A stretch of 64,000 nt of DNA, taken from positions 682,001 to 746,000 of the forward strand of contig OZ251222.1 of NCBI GenBank assembly GCA_965240325.2, in the 5' to 3' direction. This DNA is from Rebecca billardiae RCC1528. Taxonomy: Eukaryota; Protista; Haptophyta. Positions 56,831 to 64,000 of the stretch are shown one piece after another; the stretch's first letter is position 1, and each line of letters starts with the position of its first letter. The notes under the pieces were generated by a model. That model had not been told where the DNA came from. It saw only the letters and a list, made by a program, of their open reading frames with translations, and ran no database searches. Both the position numbers and the translations under genes were made by a program.

Positions 56831-57246
56831 CGCTCCTGGGATCGACCCTTCAGAAGCTGAAAGCTGTGGAGTCGGAGCGTGTCCACGTGGGTGAGCAACC
56901 TCCCTTGGTCCTGGACAGATCACTTTCGATCACCGCAGTCGACTGATGATGAAAGTGACTAAGTGAGTACTTTTCGACACGTTTTTGGTATGTGCTCCAA
57001 CCTGTACAGCGATTCATGTATTACTACTATTACTTGTAGAGGCGTAGTAATCTTCGCCGACGGGCGCGACGATCGTCCGGTCATCTATTAATGTGCGCTA
57101 TGAAAAATTACCTCATGGGCGACGATGGCTGCGGCGTGATGGGGGAAGTAGAGCGCCGGGCGGCGCGCGGAGGAGCGGGCGGCTACGCCCGGCGCTAGGC
57201 GCGCGGGGCTCGCGCGGGGCGGCGACGGCTTCGCCCGTCGCCAGCG

Positions 57247-58297
57247 GTGCACGCTCATGCTGCTCGGCGGCCTCGCGCTCGCTCGGAACAGCTGCGCCCG
57301 GCAGTGGGCGACGCGCATGCGCGGCAGCTGCTGGTCGTAGGCACGCAGTCCTCTGCCACCTCCGCCATGTCGCGCGCGCACTGCGCCCTCGGCCTCGAGG
57401 CGGGGCACGAGACGTCGAACACGGCGCACAAGCTGTGCCGCGACGGCATCGTGTCCTGGTTCCACTCGGTGCGCTTCCTGCGCCCGGACTCGTTCAACGC
57501 GTTGTCGGCACGCTAGCTGTGCGCCGAGCTGCGGCCGCGCTCGGGATTCACCCCGCGCATGTGGCGCGAGGCGCGCGCCGCGTGCCCCCCGCGCGCGGCC
57601 AACGGCGGCGCGTGCGAGCGCGCGGACTGCGGGCGTGCTGCCGGCTGAGTGGGGCTGCGCGCGCGCGCACCTGGCGGCTGGCAGGCTGCTCGTGCGAGAC
57701 GCCGTTCGCGCGCTCGCTGCTGCAGGTGCGCCATCCGCTGCGCGTCATCGAGTCACTCGCCGTCAAGTTCTGCGCGGGACCCGACGCGCCGCTCGGCGCC
57801 GACCTCTGCGGCGTGTGCGCGGCGCCCCGGTCGGCGCGCGCCGCGCGGGGCGAGTCCAGCCACACGTGCCTCGGCGCGCTCGCCGCGTACTGGGTGGCGC
57901 ACACGGCGGACATATGCTCGAGTAGGCGATGCGCGCGGGCGCGCTGCACGGGGCGTACCGCGTGGAGACGGGGGACGCGTGCGCCGTCGCGCGCCTCGGC
58001 GGCTTCGTCGCAAGCCCCGGCACTCCCGCGCTGCACCTGCCGTCGGAGGCGGCGGTGTTGCGAGCGTGCGCCCAGCGCGGCGGCGCTCGCACGCGCGCCG
58101 TGCCGCGCGTCAACCAGCGCAACCGCGGGACGCTGCGTGTGAGCGCGCGCACGCTCCACGGAGTGAGCGCCGAGCTCGGTGCGCGCGTGCGCCCGCTCGC
58201 GCTCGAGCTCGGGTACACCGCCGCCGAGTACGAGGCCGCGCCTGCGTGCGGCGCTGAGCCGGCGCGTCGGGGCCGCCGCCGACAGGCGCAACATTAG
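57247..58297 (+). pseudogene. Disrupted sulfotransferase-like gene
   Basis: 'QLLVVGTQSSATSAMS...LGLEAGHE...DGIVSW', 'LLQVRHPLRVIESL', 'YWVAH' and 'YRVE' are spread over different frames, with TAG stops at about 57514 and 57923. Confidence 0.65.
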
Positions 58298-58599
58298 CCT
58301 CGGCGACGTGCCCGTCGCGCGGCCGCCGATCGCGCGCGTGTTCTGCCAGCGCCGCAAGCGGCAGAACGATTGGCGCGAGCCGGCGCAGGCCGTTTGGGCG
58401 CGGTGAATCTGCTACTCTTACGAACAAGCTACGGGTAGCGAGTCCAGTATGGGGGGCCCGGTAGACTGACTGTACTAAGTACGACAGTTTACTAGTAGTA
58501 CTTGAGTACGAGACGCACACAGCTCATAGCTACCAGTTTCCAGGTCTCAGGTGTGCAGGCGAGACGATTGACGCCCAGCACGGCTCGCCAGACGCAGCC

Positions 58600-59616
58600 A
58601 TGCTTCTTGGCCTTGCGGCGCGTTCGCTGCGTCATGGATCCCTCCCCACCAGCGGCGGGCGGCGCCTTCTTGGCACTGCGGCCGGTCTGTACGCCGTCAA
58701 CCGCCTCTATGTGCCCCGGAGCATCCTCGCCGCCCGCCACGGCGCGCTCCGCACGGCGTGGTACGAGGCGACGGTGATGGCTCGGAACTGCCCGGCCAAA
58801 ATTGACATCCTCGGCTTGTGGATTCGCAAGCCAGGCGAGGACACGTGCGCGGCCATCGACGGCACGAGTATGGCGCCTATCGACGACCCGCATCCATCTC
58901 CCTTCGGAGCCCTCACCAACTATGCGACGAGCATCGCCAAATACGACTCGCCCGCGCACATGCAACACGCCATTGAGATCGCGTTGCGCGACCAGCGCAT
59001 CTCAGATGCGCTGGGCAAGGCGCCCCTCGTGGACGACGCGGTGCGCGTCGAGCGTGTTCCTATGGTGCGCGTCCCCGTGGCGATGCCCTCCCCGACTGTC
59101 GAGCTCCACTCAGCCAAGGTGTACGAGGTGCGCGCGTACACTCTCAAAGGTTACTCGCCCTTCTCAGCAGCGACCGGCGCGCCGACCGATGGCAAGGGCG
59201 AGGCCTATGTGCGCTGGATCGAGGAGAAGTTCCGGCCTGTCTTCGATGCCGAGGGCGGACGCATTGCGTGCTTCCTGATGCAGTGTGACGTTCCGGCGCA
59301 GGTGTCGAGCTGCCGCAGCGCCGCGAGCGGGTCGCTCGACCAGACCTCGATCAACTTGGACGACCAGCCCCCGCACGTCGTGTGGGTCGCTGAGTGGGAC
59401 AGTCGCGAGCAGGCGGATGCCGTGTACGCCAACCTCATGTCGCGGCCGGGCGCGTTCGAGGGGAACCCCTTCGCCACCCCGGAGGGCACGCTGAGCGGGT
59501 ATGCCCGCGTCGAGGTGACGTGGTCGGAGGGGCTCACGCTCGGCACGCTGATTGAGTCGTCAACAGTCGGCAGCACTTACGAGGACCGCCACTTCCACCA
59601 GCCCAGGCAGCACTAG
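58600..59616 (+). CDS. NIPSNAP-like (dimeric alpha-beta barrel) protein with putative mitochondrial presequence
   Basis: Arg/Leu-rich acid-free N-terminus, then 'VYEVRAYTLK', 'F.PVFDAEGGRI' and 'VVWVAEWDSRE'. Confidence 0.65.
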   Translation: MLLGLAARSLRHGSLPTSGGRRLLGTAAGLYAVNRLYVPRSILAARHGALRTAWYEATVMARNCPAKIDILGLWIRKPGEDTCAAIDGTSMAPIDDPHPSPFGALTNYATSIAKYDSPAHMQHAIEIALRDQRISDALGKAPLVDDAVRVERVPMVRVPVAMPSPTVELHSAKVYEVRAYTLKGYSPFSAATGAPTDGKGEAYVRWIEEKFRPVFDAEGGRIACFLMQCDVPAQVSSCRSAASGSLDQTSINLDDQPPHVVWVAEWDSREQADAVYANLMSRPGAFEGNPFATPEGTLSGYARVEVTWSEGLTLGTLIESSTVGSTYEDRHFHQPRQH

Positions 59617-59875
59617 CCTGTATTAGGGTCACAATGTAGTACGCGACTGTAGTAGGCACGTGCGCTGCAACGGCAGCAGCACCTACGACATCTATACGGA
59701 TCATCAAAGTTACCATAGTAGTGACGATCGATCGGCGCGCGCGCGCTTGACGACGAGTTGACGATGCAATCTGAGATTGCAGTGTATGCTGCGAGGCCCG
59801 GCGCCGAATCAGAAGCCGCGGCACCGCGCCCGCCTGATGAGTCGGCACGCTACTGCCCGCCTGAGGCCCCGGTCA

Positions 59876-60967
59876 CTAGAGCATGAGACGAGCAGTAGCA
59901 GCCACCGATGCCGTCATCTGCGGAGAGTGCGTGTGCGACCCACTCTTGCGATCGAAGCTGCCCTCGCTCCCATCAGCGTCGCCTGCCCCCGGCGGGGACG
60001 ATTCCGGCTCAGCGGACGGGGCGGCGGCCGTGACCAGACCAACAGAAAGGAGGATGAGGAGCGCACCGACCAAGCTCTGCGCACACTCCGCAGGCGAGCC
60101 ACTCGTCGCCGGCGCGAGGGCGAGCTGCAGAGCGTACGCGGACACCACCTCGGTCGAGTACCACATGGCCGCCCTGCTCGCCTTGAGCTTGGACATGCCG
60201 TAGGCCACGCCGAGCTGCGCGGGGAAGGCGACCGCTGCCATCGCCAGCGCGGGCCACGCGACCCGTGCACGCGCCGCCGCGCGTGGTGGGGGCTCGCCGC
60301 GCGCTGCAGCGACGAGCGGCGCACACGCCATCGCGGCCAACGCCCCGCTGAACACCATCACGAACGAGTGCGTCTGCATGCGCGCGCCGAGGTGGCGCAT
60401 CAGCACGTTCTGGCAGCCTCGGGAGAGGGCGTACCCGAGGCCGCACAGAGTGCCGACGTGGCGGCCGCTCGGGCGCGGGGCGGAGGCGGTGAAGTCCGGA
60501 TGCGCGATGAGGACGACTCCCGCCATGGCGAGCACGCCACCAACCCCTTCGATTGCGTGCCACGGTTCTCGCAGCACCATCGCGCCGACTGCAGCGGTGA
60601 TGAGCACCGAGAGCTGCTGCAGGGTCACGGCGTCGCCGACCGGCAGCCGCGAGTAGCTGACGAAGCCCATGCCCATCATGAGTAGGTTGTTGACGGAGCG
60701 GACGGCAAGGAGAGCCGAGTGCGGCTTGGTGTCTCCAAGCCACACGTGCAGTGGGATTCTAGCGGAGAGGAGGAGCGCCACACCGCCCGCTGCTTGCACG
60801 CTCGCCTTTATGAAGAGCAGCTCGAACACGCCAAGGGCGCCGGTGCTCGCAACAGCCTGTACGAGGTAGGCCTGGAGCGCCATGCCAAGCCCGCTCGCAA
60901 CGAGGGCGCTCGCGGGTAGGCATCCGCGGCAATCGAGGCGGAGCCGTGGAGAGGCCTCATCATACAT
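59876..60967 (-). CDS. EamA/DMT (SLC35G-like) transporter
   Basis: About 10 hydrophobic segments, 'SYSRLPVGDAVTL...LITAAVGAMVLREP', 'GVVLIAHP' and 'SLVGALLI'. Confidence 0.85.
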   Translation of the reverse strand: MYDEASPRLRLDCRGCLPASALVASGLGMALQAYLVQAVASTGALGVFELLFIKASVQAAGGVALLLSARIPLHVWLGDTKPHSALLAVRSVNNLLMMGMGFVSYSRLPVGDAVTLQQLSVLITAAVGAMVLREPWHAIEGVGGVLAMAGVVLIAHPDFTASAPRPSGRHVGTLCGLGYALSRGCQNVLMRHLGARMQTHSFVMVFSGALAAMACAPLVAAARGEPPPRAAARARVAWPALAMAAVAFPAQLGVAYGMSKLKASRAAMWYSTEVVSAYALQLALAPATSGSPAECAQSLVGALLILLSVGLVTAAAPSAEPESSPPGAGDADGSEGSFDRKSGSHTHSPQMTASVAATARLML

Positions 60968-61360
60968 CCGCGCGCATGCGTAATTGTACGTGATCGGGGC
61001 CGCGCTGCCGGGATGTCGTCGGGTCGTCGGGATCTTTTGAATTTTTTCCCCAGCGGCACTCGGACGCACGCGCGGCGTGACGGCGCCGCCGCTAATGTCG
61101 CCCTACGTACTTTATGGCGCTCGGAGCCCCGGGGCGTCCGCCTCGCTGACCGTCATTGATACATAGTACTACGATGCAGCTCTGATACGACCGTTGCCTG
61201 GCTGGGCGCTGCGCAGGCTTGTGCAGTCTCGCCGCCCTCGGGCTCGGCGGTTACAGCGCCGCAGAATACTGCGGACTCTTCGTCAAAATCCTGCTGGCCC
61301 GAGGCCCTGCGGCTGGGCGAACCATCGTCATCGATGACTGGCGCGGCGCCTGATGGCTGA

Positions 61361-62964
61361 TCACGGCGCGCATCCAGTCGCATGCGGGTTCCGAAAGTCC
61401 CACTGATGTAACCAGAAGTTGCCCGCGTACTTTGTGCCGCGTATGACGGGTCGTGCCTCGTGCTGCGTGCGCGTGTCCATGTTGATTGGCTCCGCGTCTT
61501 TGACCGACGGCCAGAGCAGCGCCCGCCCCTTCTTCGGATGGACCGAGATGTTCAAGTAGGGGAAGCGAGTCTCGCCGCCCTCCTCCACGTCCGACAGGTA
61601 GATGAAGAAGGTGAACACGCGCGGGCCGAAGGGGAACGAATTGTGCTGGGGAATGTAGTCATGGTGACTTTTGTCTGCTCGCCGCGCGCGCCGCGTGGCG
61701 CATCGGGGGGGGGGGCGGGGGGCGCTCCGCTCCGTCACACGTCGCCTGCAGGAGGGCCACACGTGTGTCGCGACCAGCCTCGCGCCGGCTGGCGGCGCGA
61801 GCGCGCGCACAATATTGCCCCTCGTAGTAACGAAGCATCTGCCTGCTCGGCCGCGCGGACGCGAGCGCGCGACGCGCGGCGCATGGGGGCGCGTACGGTC
61901 GCAGCGGCGCACGCCGTCAGCAGCGGCCCAGCACACCTGCCCCAGCTGAGCAGCCTCTCTCTCTCTCGCGCGCGCGCTGCGCCTTGCGCGCGCGCGCACA
62001 TGTACTCTGCGTTGGGCATCGGGATGCCTGTGATGTCCTCGACCCGCCGAGCGACCTCGATCATGACGCTCGCGTTGGCGCACGCGCCGTCGCACCACGC
62101 GTTCTCGGACGTGCGCGTCGAGTCGAAGCTCGCCTTGAACCGGCCGTTCTCGGTCATGCCGCCGACGTTGCTCGAGCGCTCGTACTTGCTCGGCGGCATC
62201 AGCGCGACAATCTCATCGCACTCGGCCTCGGTGAGGAAGTGGTCGAAGGTGACGACCCACGGGCTGGTGGAGTGCACGGCCACGGGCCCGTACTGCGCGT
62301 CGTATTTGCCCGCCTGCACGGCCCGGAAGATCTCGCCCATCCGGTACGGGCGCAGGCGCTGCGGCTCCTTTGGATCGCGCTTGCACCGGACCTTTGGGTC
62401 GCGGAGGTGGCACGTGCGGCACGAGTGCGCGCACTCGACGATCATGTAGCCCGGATTGCTCTCGCACTCGCCAGCGCGCGCCCAGGTCGCGCATGCGTCG
62501 TTCAGGTCCTTGCAGCTCGTCTCCGGGCCCTCCTCGACGGGCCCGGCGCACGCGCTGCAGCTCTTTGGGCATGCGCCGCGCATGTACGCTGAATTCTTGG
62601 CACACTCGCCGTGCTCGGCCCACGCGGCGCAATTCTCGCTCGTGTCGCGGCAGTCGGGGGAGTCGGCGTGTGTCACCGTTGGCTTTGCCGGCTCTGGGCG
62701 CGTGGGTGCGGATGTTGGAACCGCCGCGCCCGCGTCAGCAGCCGCCTCGTGCACGTCCGAGCTCGGCGTCGGCTCCGTGACCGGCTCCGCTCTGCTGGCC
62801 GTGCCCACAAGGCCCTGCAGCGCGGGACCGGAGGCGTATGCGGCGACCATGGCGGCCACAGCGAAGCCAACAGCAGCGAACGCCGTCGCGCTGGGGAACC
62901 TCTCCTTCGCTCCGGCCGGTGGCTTCTGCTGCTTCTGACCGCGCGCGCGCGCTTGGCCAGCCAT
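61361..62964 (-). CDS. P4H: Prolyl 4-hydroxylase with N-terminal anchor and two ShKT domains; exons 62964-62000, 61842-61811, 61674-61361
   Basis: Two ShKT domains ('CRD....CAAWAEHGEC.KN..YM...C.KSC..C'), 'FLTEAECD', 'RTSENAW', spliced 'EYMQMLRYYEGQYYKSHHD' (HxD), 'YLSDVEEGGETRFP' and 'QHEARPV..GTKY'. Total 1311 nt in frame. Confidence 0.93.
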
Positions 62965-63129
62965 CGTGGCGTCCCGCGGTCCCAACCACTCCTCCGCTGA
63001 CCAACCCTCCGCAGGACAGGAAGCACTGCTGGAAATCCGGATGAGCAAACAAAATCGCCCCTGACCAGGTTCGCTGCATCAGCGGCCGAGCGGCGTGTCC
63101 TTGGTGTGGCGGTGGTCAGGCCGCCATCG

Positions 63130-63648
63130 ATGCAGCAGGATGACGACGGGGAGGAACGAGTGACAATCTGCGTCGTATGGAAGGGCATCGCCGGCGTTGA
63201 CGATGGCGCGAGCGATCTCTTTACGGTCTCGCCAACCCTGAACGCCGAGCAGATCGCTCTCCTCCCTCCGCCCGTCAGCGTGCGGTACGCGCAGTTCGAC
63301 CTGAGCAAGGGTGCGATTGGCGCCGTTTACGAGGGTGTGCCGCTCGATGGCGGGGTGAGGCTCGCAGAGCTGCTGCGCAAGCGCAATGCTGGGGACGTCA
63401 GAAACACGTCGTACCCCACCTTCGAGCTGAGCCCCCTCCTCTTACTCCGCGAGAAGTATGGCGACCACGTTGCGCAGCCTGCCTCCACACCCACAGCCTC
63501 GCCGGTGAAGACCCGGCACATGACTTCCGTCCAGCTGATTGAGCACTTGCGCGCGAACGGGGTCGAGCCACCGGACGGCCTCGGGACGCCGCGCAGCGTC
63601 CTCCGGCAGCTCGCGGCGGACCTCGAAGGGCCACGCTTTCACGAATGA
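63130..63648 (+). CDS. Small hypothetical protein, possibly ubiquitin-like fold plus SAP/HeH-like C-terminus
   Basis: Globular composition, 'AVYEGVPLD' and 'MTSVQLIEHLRANGV'. The domain calls are tentative. Confidence 0.55.
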   Translation: MQQDDDGEERVTICVVWKGIAGVDDGASDLFTVSPTLNAEQIALLPPPVSVRYAQFDLSKGAIGAVYEGVPLDGGVRLAELLRKRNAGDVRNTSYPTFELSPLLLLREKYGDHVAQPASTPTASPVKTRHMTSVQLIEHLRANGVEPPDGLGTPRSVLRQLAADLEGPRFHE

Positions 63649-64000
63649 CCTGGGCCGCGGGACGCCCCTGCTGAGGTGGAATAAAGAACGAATACCAGTG
63701 CTGTGCCTGCTGTGGATGGTGGCAAGCTTCAGTCAGGCAGTGGTGGCAGCATCAGTGCAAGGCGTGCTCGAGCGCTCTTGTCGGCATGCCCGTGGGTGCG
63801 CCTGTGCTTTGGCGATGCAGCCCGGTGATGGCGAGGCAGTCGTCCGCCCCGGCCGTGCCCGCTGCGGCCAAGCGGGCAAGTCCGAGGAGCCTAAACAGTT
63901 AAACACTCACTAACACTGACAGGCTGACAATTGACATTCCCCGCATACTATTTTTGTAAACACTGAACTACACTAATTAAGTCGTCTTACTACTACGACG

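Noticed and set aside
57510-57930. TAG readthrough or alternative genetic code in the sulfotransferase-like locus
   Set aside because: Frameshifts are also present, and TAG is the normal stop of several intact genes here (VPS13, MFS, AKR).
19485-62964. Glycan-modification gene cluster (GTs, sulfotransferases, P4H, EamA)
   Set aside because: The genes are scattered among unrelated genes and these families are abundant in algae.

Overview
Very GC-rich, gene-dense eukaryotic DNA. It has short GT-AG introns with GTGCGC donors, (TA)n/(CT)n microsatellites and a plastid-type Der GTPase with a bipartite leader. This points to an alga with a complex plastid, plausibly a haptophyte (inference only). 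Most ORFs in the six-frame track are GC-driven shadow ORFs; about 19 real genes or pseudogenes are supportable. From left to right they are: 5'-truncated VPS13 with a DysF insert, a small two-exon gene, an Atg8/Atg12-like domain fused to an MFS transporter, cytochrome b5, an aldo-keto reductase, two glycosyltransferase-like genes, Der/EngA, an orphan ORF, a mitochondrial carrier, two coiled-coil genes, a sulfotransferase-like gene, a WD40-kinase-RING gene, a sulfotransferase-like pseudogene, a NIPSNAP-like gene, an EamA transporter, an ShKT-prolyl 4-hydroxylase and a small hypothetical gene. The region 28.3-40.4 kb is a transposon nest: four head-to-tail Helitron-like units carry a deleted pogo-type element, a hAT-type MITE and a Tc1/mariner-type MITE, each with verifiable TIRs, TSDs and empty sites. 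The most striking item is the gene at 51548-56830. It has 15 near-identical WD40 repeats that vary almost only at a few surface positions (HNWD/het-e-like), fused to a helical region, a DFD-type kinase and a RING1+RING2-like ligase module. It is a candidate NLR-independent variable immune or allorecognition receptor.
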